Assembly: GCA_004431415.1 (NCBI GenBank)
Contig: QPMI01000040.1
Location: 186,001 to 250,000 of the forward strand
DNA length: 64,000 bases
Direction of reading: 5' to 3'
From: Cyanophora paradoxa CCMP329
Taxonomy: Eukaryota > Plantae > Glaucophyta
The translations under genes were made by a program, and so were the position numbers. Shown here in pieces: positions 46,901 to 58,259 of the stretch; positions within the stretch are counted from its first letter, which is position 1; every line of letters begins with the position of its first letter. A model generated the notes under the pieces. That model ran no database searches. It was not told the origin of the DNA and saw only the letters and a program-made list of their open reading frames with translations.

Positions 46901-48644
46901 TACCCCTCAGACTACAGGGAGAGCGAGATTCGGGACGCCTTTTCGGACGAGTACTGGGACGGCGTGCACGCCTACGACCTCTTCGTGCGTACTCCCACCC
47001 CTCCTTGTCTGCATATCGCTCCTCACAAGTTGTACCCTGCAGCAAAAGATCCTTGGCTTCTTCGGCTCCGTCTATTGGCTACCCCTCAAGGTTTGCTACC
47101 CCCTACCCCCTCGCCGCCAGTCAGAGCGCACCCTCCCTCCCCGGGCGAGCGTCTACCCCCGCAGGTCCCCCTGAGTCAAGACGAGCGGTTCCGCCTGCTT
47201 GGGTACCCCCCGCGCCCGCCCCCGCCCCCGCCAGGCGCAAGACCGCTCACGCGTACCCACTAGCTACGCCGGGTACTACTACGAGAAGCGGCAGGCTTCG
47301 GACGAGACAATACCCCAGGGCGAGCTCGAGCGAGAGCGGTGCGGTCCTCGTACCCCCCAGCACACCATGGACGGCTCAAACGTCTCCCCGCAGGCGGCCG
47401 GCCAAGGCCGATCCCGGATACCTCGACAAAACGGTGGGCCAGTTCGTCTGGAACGGTGAGCGTAATACCCCTCCCAAGCGCACGCACGCACGTACCCCCC
47501 TCGAGCTTCTTCCTTCGTACCCCCCAGCGCTGGTGGAGGCTGGAGTGGTACCGGACGACCTCCCGCGCTCGCACGTCCACGAGCTCACGGCCTTCAACGG
47601 TGCCCGCCCGCCCGCCCGCCGACGCCGCCGCCCTCGTCTGTTCTCCGTCTCCGCCATCTGAAAGGTCGAGGCAGGGCCGGCCAAGGAGCTGCGGCTCACC
47701 GAGTGGCCCATGTTCTGCCGCCTCCCCGACGCGGTCAACGTTCGGACAGGGGACATCCTCCTCTGCTCGTGCGCCCGCGCCCCGGCCCCCGCCCGCGCCC
47801 GCGCGCCGGCCTCCCCTCCAGTCCATCCTGACCGCCCCTACCCTCTCCTTTCCAGCTTCACCGAGGGCCAGAACCGTACCCCATTCGTCGAGTCCAGGCA
47901 CCTGTGGGACCACCTCGCCTGCATGATCAAGGTTCGAGTCCGGGCGGGGCCCGTTCCAATCCGCCCCCGTTCCGACGTCCCCGAACGCAGGACGGCCACC
48001 GCAAGCTGTGGTTCGACGTCACGGGCGCGCCCCTCCTTCTCAGATCAGATCACATCAGATCTGATCAGATCTGATCTCTGATTGCAGAGGACGGCCCGAG
48101 GCTCGTGGACTTTTACGAGCGCCTCAGCGACCCCCGCCTCCGCGTCGTCGCCCTCCGAAAGGTCCGGGTTCGATCCCGCGCCGGCCCGCTTTGCGCTGAA
48201 GCGGCCTGGCGGGTACAGATTGTGGCGGACCGGGACGAGGCGATGGAGCAGACGGCCGTGGCGTACGTCAAAGAGATCGCGGAGAAGCTGTACCCCCGGG
48301 GCGAGCTCCTGAGGGACCTCTACAAGAGCCCCGCGGGGGTAGCCCCGCGGTACCTGTCGCTGAACCTCTCCTCCTGCGAGGTCCGCGGCCGCTTGTACCC
48401 CTCCCCGCTCGTCGTTCATCGCCGTACCCCCGCAGGTCATCGCGGTGCTGCTGCAGAAGATGGGAATCCTCTCCGAGCAGGTGGCCTCCCCGCCGCGCCG
48501 CCGCGCCTTCTCCTGGCTCTGACTCGCCCTTCTCCCCACGCTCAGGTTCAGGTGAAGAAGCTGGCCCCGGTCGATTTCTCCAAGTCCGACGGGGACGACC
48601 TTCACGGGCTCGAGATGACCGACAAAATTTTCCTGAAGATTTGA
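43922..48644 (+). CDS. Multidomain protein: degenerate GDPD-like barrel + PLAT/LH2 + two permuted papain-like NlpC/P60 (YiiX/C92-type) domains
   Basis: GDPD-like: RPLIFG, RGIQQGLDGIVVE, FLEDFLTVFK|ERTIVVIELK, DSVVIASAD|STILNAMRRHSPD. PLAT: YTIRVKTG..GGTDAQPYLR|LTG..FQ|TGRSDVF..EDLGPLQYLTL..GWYLEYIE|I..YIFPYMDW. NlpC/P60: IKT|GDIILYSG..SKFTHAG|IVI and VRTGDILLC..WDHLACMI..SSCE|VIAVLLQKMGIL..LAPVDFS. About 30 exons. Confidence 0.8.
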
Positions 48645-51505
48645 TCGAAGGGCATACGCTCGAACTCTGAAGAAGCCGTTGGAGTATCCGATATCATAGT
48701 AGTAAATCGATGGTCATTGAATGCGCGGCGGACTGGATCCGGAGCAGCGCGGTCGCAGCTGCAGAACTCCTTAACATTCTTCGAATCCGCTGTATACGTA
48801 GTCGCAGTGGAATTTCCACAGTGTACCAAGCTTCATGATCAGCTTAAGCTTAGCTTCGAATAACAAGCTTGAGTCTACATAGCTACGCGCGCGAACGGCG
48901 ATGCACCGCGGCAATCCGTGTAGCACATTGACTCTGACTCAGTGATTAATTCGTGATTTACTACTATACTATTCGTGATTTGCTTTGTTGTCCTTAATAT
49001 CACTACCTACGGGCCGGGGGGTTCGCCCCACCGTAGTCTCTCAAAGAAAAATGATAGCTAGTTATGATTACATTGACACTTCCACATGTACATATACAGC
49101 GCGCGGCTGCCGACGCCGGCGCCGCCGGCCGGCCACATGCATGCGCATGGCCAGCTGCAGTGGCCACAGCCCCATGGCCATCGCGATCGATATCCGGATT
49201 CGAATCATAATCATCATGATGTCAATCATCATTGTGCGTGTCGCCTTCATTCCCGATTTCAACTTTTTTCGACGTTCGATCGCGACGTCCGCCGGTCCGG
49301 CGCCGGACCGGGCGCCGGTCAATCGGTCTGGTCGAGTCGCTCGCGATCGAGTTTCACCCACTTTCACGTCATCCCGACTCATCCGCCCGGGCCCGGGCCG
49401 CTATTCGGATTCATGAACTCAGGATCAGCCTCGACCGTCCGTCGTCCGATACTGGACGTGAAACTTGAACTTGAAAGCATTCTCTGATTCATGCCGTGAT
49501 AATGAGAGGAGTTTTCGAGTGGTCGATCTGCATTCGAATTCGAAGCATGCAGCATGATGCGGCATTGATGCCATGAGGATGGCCATGGGCCATGAATATG
49601 AAAGATCCTGAATATTTGTGCGAGCGATTCAGGCCCGGCAGGCGCCGGCGCCGGCCGCGGCGCTGGCCAATGGCCATGGGCCCCGCGGCCGCCGCCGGCC
49701 CGCCGGCGCCGCCGCGCCGGCGGCCGCCCGGGCCGGCCCGGCCCGGCCGCGGCGCGCCGCGTCCGACGTCGACGGTCGGCGGCCCCGCTATATAGTATAT
49801 ATCATAGTATATATATAGCGCTGCAATTTTAATATATATATATATATATTCGAATTCGAATTTGAACGTTAACGCGTCCGGCGCCGGCGCCGGATCCGCG
49901 GACTGGCGGACACGAACACGGCGATTTTTTCGAACGAGACAAGGAGGACGAATCGAAAAATCAAAATCCTACAGCCTTCGTGAATCAGGGATTGACTCAT
50001 CACCCTATAGCTAGCGCCGGCCTCAGGGCCTATAGCCTAGCGGGTACTTCAACCCGTACCAGTACAGTGGCAGTACTACTTTATATAGTACTACTGCGGT
50101 ACTTGCGCATGCCGCAGTTCGCGCGGTACTTCTAAATTCTGACTCGGATCCGGAATCCGGATTGCCTTTCCGTTCACCATCAAAACGACCAAGAAAAACA
50201 ACTGCGATACAGACTCGATTCGCAGCATTCGCGATCATGGTTAGTGCGCTGGCTGGCAGTGGCTGCATTCAAGCCGGTCACTGGGGTATACGTACGTACG
50301 ACACCAATACTGAGACACCCCATTTCAAGCCTTGAACTCAGTGACTTGGCTTGAAGGCTTGAGGGCTCGGCTTTCAAAAGTTTCAGGCTTTCAGCTTCAA
50401 GGCTTGAAACTTGAAAGGAAGGAGCTGATGTGACAGTTAGTGTCAGTTACTAGTACTGTATACGTAACTTACTACTACGGACCAGTCTACCTACGGTTAG
50501 GACGTCCGACGGTCTAGATCTATAGGCTCCGTAGTACTACAAGTAGTCTACTACTAGGCTACGCGTATACGGCCGGGCGACTCGACAGTGAGTCGACACA
50601 CTGTGACAACAAGCCATATTCAAGTCCGACGGTCTTGCGGCCCGGCCGGCTAGAGACCGCTAGAGATCAAGCTTGAAGTGCATTCGAGGTCCAGGCCCGG
50701 CGGCCGCAACTCTCGATCTAGCTTCGAGGCCTAGCCTAGTAGGAAGTTCGAGCGCTTTCAAGGCCTAGCCGCCTAGGCCCTTCATGATCATCTCCGACAT
50801 CTCGTATATATCAATCCTCGTTCGTAAATGATGCCATGATGGTAAAACTTCTTCGAAACGTGGCCCAACTTCCACCACTCGATAATTTCGTGGTAAAATC
50901 CGTATCAAGCAGCTGGTTGGAGGTTTAGAAGCTTGCAAACCGCTGGACCGGCGTCCAGTCGTCGCGGGTAAAGTTGAAAAAGAAAACATCCGGACATGAA
51001 TCGGAAATTCACCAAAACTTGCAATATTTAATTATAATTGCCTGCAAGGCGCGCGCGGATCGAAAACAAAACTTTTTAAGCTTAATCTGTACCCATCTGC
51101 ATGTTTTGGGGTCCGACGGGTACTGGTCCATGGCCATGGCCGGCGCCAGGCGCCGCGGCGCCAGAGCAAAATGAAAGCGCCGGACATGCGCATATGCAGC
51201 TACAGCTGGCTCGATGGCTCGACGTATAAGGGTAGGCCTAGGGTCGCTAGACTAGCTATAGCTATAGCTAGAACGCTGGATTGCAAACAACTGCGTACCC
51301 AAAACGCATTATTTCTTTGATTTCCGGCCGGGTGGTTTTCTAATTTCATCTTCGTCGCAAGCGATCGCGATCGATAGCTGCGCGTGCCGGATCCGGCTGC
51401 ATGTAAGCAGAGTACATGCATATACATGTACAGGGCCTTTTCTCTTTCAAGACCTCTGTCTCCTCAAGCTGATCATGCGAAGGACGCTGGCGCCTTTGTG
51501 TGGGT

Positions 51506-51507
<2 letters not shown>

Positions 51508-51560
<53 letters not shown>
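51508..51560. repeat. (CAG)n microsatellite
   Basis: Pure CAG run upstream of the STAT-like gene; coding status unresolved. Confidence 0.9.
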
Positions 51561-51906
51561 CGCGCCTGGGCGCGACAAGCAGCAGCAGCAGGACAGCCTT
51601 CTGGACGGGTGTGCCGCGTCGGCGCGTTGTCGGGCGTTTCGGCAGGCTGAAACGCGAATTCGCACGCGGTTGTTCGAGAAGACTCCGAGCCGAGAGCAGG
51701 GCCTTCGCCGGCTGTAGTCCTGACCTTAGAATCACCCCAAGAAGCGACTGTAGTCTTTGGGTCGCCGGAGTGGCGCGGAAATCCGAGATTCCGAGTGCCA
51801 CCCGAAGAGTCCGAAGAGCTCCATCGCCAGCCTAGCACCGCAGAAGTTTGCTGTAGGCCATGGTCAAGTGCGTTGTTTCTTGTCCGAAATCGCTTGTGCG
51901 CCGCGG

Positions 51907-54900
51907 ATGCCCGTTGATGCCGGCGTTCGGCAGGGCCTTCTAAGGTCCATCCAGCACAATGATATCAGCGTCAGTCGTTTTCTCTGGTAGGAATGTACGA
52001 GAGCGCACGGAGAACAATCAGAAGGTTGTCACCGTGATTGGAGGAAATGCGGTTCGGTTGCTTTTCGTCTCTCACCTTGGTCACGAGCTCACTCGTCCTC
52101 GCCAGGCCCAGCAAGTCAGTGTGACTTTGTATATCAGAGCACCAGGGCTGAATTGGCGAGAATTGCGCCTCCGCGCCGTGCTGCAGGAACGCCCGAAGAC
52201 CGCGTGTGCGTGACTCGTCCGAGCGTTGTTTGGTTCGTCCTCACGGGACCGTGCAGCCGATATCGAATGGGTCGAGAAAGGACCGAACGTTTTCGTCACG
52301 GTTCGTTCGTGTCCGCGCATGCGCAGCTGCGCCGCATCACTCGCACGCACAGGACCCGAAGAACCGGCTGGCAAACCGAGTGGTCGCGCCGCTGCTGGAC
52401 TGGGGCTCGTTCGAGGTTCCAGAAGTGAACTTCGCAGACGCGCAACTGGACGCGGACGGCCAGGGAGCGACGAAGAACTTCAGCCTGCGCTGCGTGGCGC
52501 TAACAGGGCAGACCCATGTCTTTCGGATCCTGTTCAAGTCCATCACGCCCAGCATTCGTATCAGCTTCGTGTCCGAACTGATCGAGAGTATTTCCCGTGC
52601 TCCTGAGCGCTTCAAGAAAGCTCGCGGTGAGACCTCCAATACGCAGTGGGCCGCTTGATTCTAATGCTGATTCCTTCTTTTCGTTTCTTTGCAGTGACGT
52701 TGGATGAAGGCGGGCAGAACCCGCAGACCCCCAGCCCCTCCATGCTGTCGGACGGGAACACCTTCTCCGACGGATCCAGTCCAGAGCACCAGACAGTGCG
52801 GCCTAACATTACTCCTTGGCTCAACTACACGCTGGTGTTCATTTACTTTCTTTGCAGGACGGCGAGTCGTACTCTGGGGGCCCATTCGCTCCTGGAAACC
52901 CGGCGTCGCCGGGCGATATTCCCTTCTTCCCCGGCAGCGGCGGCCAGAGCAGCATGGCGCTGGTTCCGGGAGGTCCCTTTGGAGCGGCGACGGCGGTGCC
53001 ACACTCGCAGACGACGCAGCCAGCGGCTTCGGGCGCCGCGGGCTCTGGCAACATGATCGCCCAGGTGATGGTCCCGATCAACCACATGGGGGGGATGATG
53101 CAGCAATCGGCGCTGTCGAGCTCGGCCGCCCCGGCGCCCGTCACCGCGACCACCAGCGCCAACACTTTCGCCGCGAGCATCAGCAGCGCCTCGCCCGCCG
53201 CCTCCAACTCCGGTTCCAGTGCGCCCGCCCCCTCTTCCTCCGCGCATTTCCTGTGCTCATCATCTCCGCACAGGCTGCACGATCCTGGACTTCAAGCCGA
53301 AGCTGGGCCGCGCATCGTGCAATCGGATGCGCATGGACCTGCACGTTCAGCTCCAGATCAACGGTCAGGTCGTACAGGCAAACAACGGGCCCTCTCCGCG
53401 CTTCTGCGTCTACTTCGCCAAGCACGAGGAGGGCGCGGACGACTCGGCGAGGTCCGTTCCAGAACGCGTTTCGACCGCGCTCGCCCGCCCGCTCGCTCGC
53501 TCACGACGGGCCGCTGCAGCCGCTTCATCCCGTCGAGCTCCGTCACGGTCGTGCCGCACCGGCAGTCGGGGTGGCAGATCACGGCGGTCGTTCCCGTGCT
53601 CAACGCGTCCACCTACAACGTCGTCGTGACAGACGCGACGAACACGAGCTTCGGCCGGGCGCAGGACCTGTACGGGGCATGTAGCATTGCGTTCGGCTGC
53701 CCGCGCCCCAACGAGCGCATTCCCTCGCGGGCCGTCGATTTCATGTTCAGCCCGTCGCCCCTCTCGCCCTTCTCCGGCAGCAAGGGCTACCGCCTCTACG
53801 TGGACGACGGCCGCGTCTTCGACACGCTCAACAGCGCCCTGCAGGCGAGGAGCTGCTCTGTGCCGCCTTATTCCCGTTCCGTCATCTAACCGCGCGGCTC
53901 TCGTCCGCAGGGCGAGGAGGCCGTCATCTTCGATCGGCCGGGCGTGCACCACGCGGCGGTCGAGCTGATCGACGCCCAGCACGGCACGGCGCGCTTCGGG
54001 GCGCGCTCGCGCATCGTGCACGCGGCGCGGCTGCTGCACCTCGAGCTCTGGATGGCGGTGCTGGACGACGGGCGCAACATCACGACGCGGGTGAACCTCG
54101 ACGAGCTCGGTCTCAACGCCTTCCTCCCCGTCCGCGACTGCACCAACCGCAACGACCTCTCGGTCCGCCCGCCGGCCGCGCCGCCCGCCCGCCCTTCTTT
54201 TCCCGCCTCCTCATCCTCCTCTTCTCTCTCTTTCAGGTTTCTCCCTTCTACGAGGTGCGCTCGGACATCCTGGAGTTCGAGATCATCGACACCGTCGAGG
54301 AGGTCCACAAGAACCGCCTCGGCATCGCCGCGGGCGACTCGGCCGCCTCCACGAGTGCGCCGCCGCCCTCGCCTTGCTTCTTCTTCTTAGACTGCGAGAC
54401 GATCCTGATGCCTCGTTTCTTGTTCTTCTGTGTCGCAGGCCAGCTCTCCGCTATGTTCATGTCCCTCATGAACGAGTTCCAGGGGCTGAACGTCCGCCTC
54501 GATCTGGCGAACGTCCCGCGGCCCGTCGGGAACCCGGGGACGCCGCAGGGGCAGCCGCAGGCGGCGGGGATGCAGCTGAACGACCGGCAGCGGACCGAGC
54601 TGGACGCCATCCGCGTGCACGCCGCCGTCTCGATCGGGCGCCTCGTGCGCCTGCTGAGGACGCTGCCGGCCGCCGAGTCGCGGCGCTTCTTCTCCTTCGC
54701 CGACTCGCTGGGCAACACCCTCCTGCACTACGCCTGCGCATTCGGGGCCGAGACGCCCGTCGGGGAGCTTATCCTCGGTCCGCCCGCCCGCCCGCGCGGC
54801 AGCCCTTCCCTCCCATCGCCGCGGCTCACACCACCGTCCGTCCCGCAGCCGGCGCGGACCCGCGGGCGCAGAACCGGCTGGGGAACACGCCGGCGCACGA

Positions 54901-57641
54901 GGCGTACCGCCGGAACCGCGTGCGGGTGCTCGACGTGCTCCGGTCGCCTCAGGCGGGCCCCCTCGCCCAGGCCTCCCTTACCATCCCCAACGCCAACGGC
55001 GTCACCCTCCGGTCCATCATGGAGCGCGGTGCGCCGGACCCCGCCTGCCCGTCCGGCTCGGCTCGGCTTTGCCCTCGTTCCCCGCCTGATTTCCCGTCTG
55101 CCTCGCCCGCAGCGGACGAGGACAAGCTCCAGGCGAGCGTGGCGCTGCTGACGCTCTCCCTCGCCTCCGGGAGCACGCCGGCCTCGGCCAGCCCTTCCCC
55201 GGCCCCCCGCGCCGCCGCGGGGAGCCCCGGCTCGGCCCCGGCCCCGGGCCCCATCGGCGCCGCCTCGCACGACGCGGCGGCCGGCGGCGCGGCGCCCCCG
55301 CCGGCCTCCATCATCATGGACAGCCTCCGCAAGCAGCTCACCTGCGCCATCTGTATGGACATCTACTCCGACCCGCGGCTCCTCCACTGCTCCCACACCT
55401 TCTGCGCCACGTGCCTCATCCGCGCGGAGCACGCCGGCGTCGTCGTGTGCGCCGTCTGCAGGCAGCCGACGACCGTGGGCGCCGGCGGCTCGCTCTCGCT
55501 CAACAAGAACTACACGGTCGTGCAGCTCTCCGACCAGTTCCGCGCGATGGACAAGGAGCACAGCGGCGGCGGCGCCGGCAGCCATCCCGCCCGCCCGGGC
55601 TCGCTGGAGAGCATCCTCAACCCGCGCGGCTCGGCGGCGGCGGCGGCGGCGGCGACCGGCGGCTCGCCGCAGGCGCCGGGCGCGCCCCGCAGCAAGCTCC
55701 ACATGATCCTGAACGACCGCGAAGACGAGAAGAGCGCCTCGCGGGCGGGCTCCTGGACCGAGGACGGGGCGCTCCCCGCGGAGACGCTGGCGGCGCTTGC
55801 GCGCAAGTGGCAGCGGCTGCTGGGCGCCCCGCCCGACGAGGCGGAGTCGACGCGGATCCACTTCCGGCTGGAGGAGCGGCACATGCTGCGCACCGAGGTC
55901 GACCGCGTCTCCGGCAAGGAAGTCTACGTCGTCACCGGCGGCGCGGGCCGCTCGGCGACCCGCGTCGAGGCCGTCGCTCAGGTGAGATAGATAGACAGGC
56001 GCAGGAGGCGGTTGGGTTCCACAGCGGAAGACTCAACTTGCTCGCGCGCGCGCAGGTGTCGAGCACGGCGCGGACGCGGGACGAGCTCTGCGGCCTCCGC
56101 CTCCACTGCTTCCTCCTCTACGACGACTCGCTCTCGGGAGCGCAGGCGGAGCAGGCCTACGCGGCCGCCTTCGGCGTGGCCAAGACGAAGCTGCCGACGC
56201 CGCCGCGCGTGACGGCCGAGTGCGCGCTGAACCCGCGCACGGGCCACGTCGAGGCGCGCTTCAAGATGGTCATCCGCGCGCTCTCGCCGCGGCACGGGCG
56301 CCGCAAGTTCCGCCTCGTCTGCTGCTCGGACGAGCGCCCGCGGAGCGCGAGCTGCACGTGGGCCTTCCTGGATCGGGCCATATGGTCGGCCGAGGATGCC
56401 GTCGAGCGCAACTCGCCCACCTCGGACATGGACGTCGACGACGAGACCATGCCCGCCATCCAGGTGAGAGCGAACAACGAGGCGAAGTAGTAGGAGGCGG
56501 AGCCGAGCCGAGCCGAGCCGCCTGTTTACTTACTTCGCCGAGTGCAGGGCGTGGTGGAGCCGGACCACCGCGCCGCGGCGAGCCGCTACGTCGAGCTCGC
56601 GGCGGAGGCCGAGCGCTCCGGCGACACCTCGGTCCGCCCCGCCCGCCCGCCCGCTTTCCCGTCCCGTCCCGTCCCGTCCCGCCCCGCCGACGCCCGCATC
56701 TCCATCCAGGCCGTGGCGACGCACCTCGCTTCGTTCCTGGAGCCGCAGCTTCCCGAGGAGTGGTGGGACTCGCTCGCCTCCGAGGTGGGCGGGCCTCTTA
56801 ACCAAGCCCCCGAAAGTCACATAAGCCGACTCGCCGCGCGCAGGTCTGTCAGCTGGTGGGCAACACGGAGCACCGGGACGTTGTCCGCGGCGTCCCCGCC
56901 ATGCGCGCCTCGTTCGACGCCGCCTGGCTCCGCCTCGCCGGCCCCGCCGCCGCCTCGGACCCCGACGACAACCAGACGGTCCCCTGGCGCCTCGTCGTGC
57001 CCCTCGTCGAGGAGGCCTTCCCCGCCCCCAAGATCAACGACATCGGTGAGCCTCTCTCTTCTTCCCCTGTTCTTAGCGTACCCGGCTCACTTTCTTCTTC
57101 TCCCCCCGCTACAGACATCATGTTCATCGAGCGGAGGCTGCCCGGCGGGGCGCAGCGCACGGTCTCGCGGGCGCGCCTGCGCGAGTTCTGGGCCTGGTTC
57201 TACTTTGCGGCCCGGACGTACCGCCTGACCCGGGACCTCTGGTGCCGAGAGGAGCGCGTCATCCGGGCCTTCATGAGCCGCGAAGAGGCCGAGCGGCTCC
57301 TGAAGGGCTCCTCCCGCCCGGGAACCTTCCTCCTCCGCCTCTCCTCGCTCGCCTGGCCGGCGCCCTTCGCCGGCTGCCTCGTCGTCTCGACGCTGCGGGC
57401 CGAGGGCGACGTGCAGCACTACCTTATGAACCCGGAGCAGTGCCGGTCCCCGGACGCCGTCATGACGTACCTCTGGGAGCACCGCGAGACGTTCCTACAC
57501 GTCTACGGCGCGGCCGCCACGCGGCAGGCCGCCTACGGCGAGGTCGCCAAGCGTTACCTCACGTCCAAACAAGTGCCCGGGCAGCAGGCGCCGGCGGCCC
57601 CGCGGGCGACCCCCGCCGGCCCCACGGACGTCAACGTCTGA
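51907..57641 (+). CDS. STAT-like multidomain protein: putative Ig-fold DBD - IPT/TIG - ankyrin repeats - RING-HC - second Ig-fold DBD - linker - SH2
   Basis: Ankyrin: DSLGNTLLHYACAFG, GADPRAQNRLGNTPAHEA. RING: CAICMDIYSDPRLLHCSHTFCATCL..CAVCR. STAT-type linker-SH2: FWAWFY..DLW..IRAFMSREEAERLLKGSSRPGTFLLRLSSLAWPAPFAGCLVVS. Exons join in frame. The 5' end is uncertain and may extend to about 51750 or further upstream. Confidence 0.85.
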
Positions 57642-58259
57642 ACTCGAACGTTCTGAGCTGAGCGGGGCACCGCACGCATAGTCAGCTTAAGTTGTGGACT
57701 CTTTTCCGAGTGTCGTATTTTCGCTTTTCCTCTGTTTCCTGCGTTGGACCAAGGGTAGTAGCTATAGTGTCTAGAGCTTTTTAGGTATGAGAAACGTAGA
57801 ATAGCCAGGCGCTTGCATTTCCCAAAGCGTTCCATGCAGACCGCAGTAGCGCGCCCTTCCACAGATGACACTTGCACACGTTTCCCATGTCCGTGCACAT
57901 ATTGTCAACGGCTCTCCCCTCTAGTCGAAGGAGCAAGTGCATCGTTCTCTACGTATGTGCAGCCATCTTATCGTACATATCTTAAATACACACACCAAAC
58001 TATTGCAAATTGAACGCTGTTCAAGCTTCCAGCTAGCGAGAGCCCGCATGCGAACACTATCGCTAGCCGGGCGAGGCTAGCGCTGTGTTGTTGTCGCTGC
58101 CGAGATGCAGTTCCTATTCGAGTACGTCCGGCTCGGAAACGCAGCTGGCGCCGTCATGAGAAGAGATGTCGAGGTCGGTTCCGGTGTGAACGATGCGAAC
58201 GCAGTCGTGCTGAGGTTGCGATTGAGAGCACGAGTCAGCGAAGCGGGAAACTTTGAAAT

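Noticed and set aside
47930-48190. tRNA T-loop-like strings (GGTTCGAGTCC, GGTTCGATCCCG; also GGTTCGAATTC at ~7697)
   Set aside because: No D-arm, anticodon arm or acceptor stem could be built; they lie within short spliceosomal introns.
50780-51120. AT-richer segment resembling a transposon remnant (also ~18330-18450)
   Set aside because: No TIR, TSD or transposase-like peptide could be supported by eye.
51346-51838. Poly-Cys, poly-Leu, poly-Ser and poly-Ala ORFs
   Set aside because: These are translations of the (CAG)n microsatellite in different frames.
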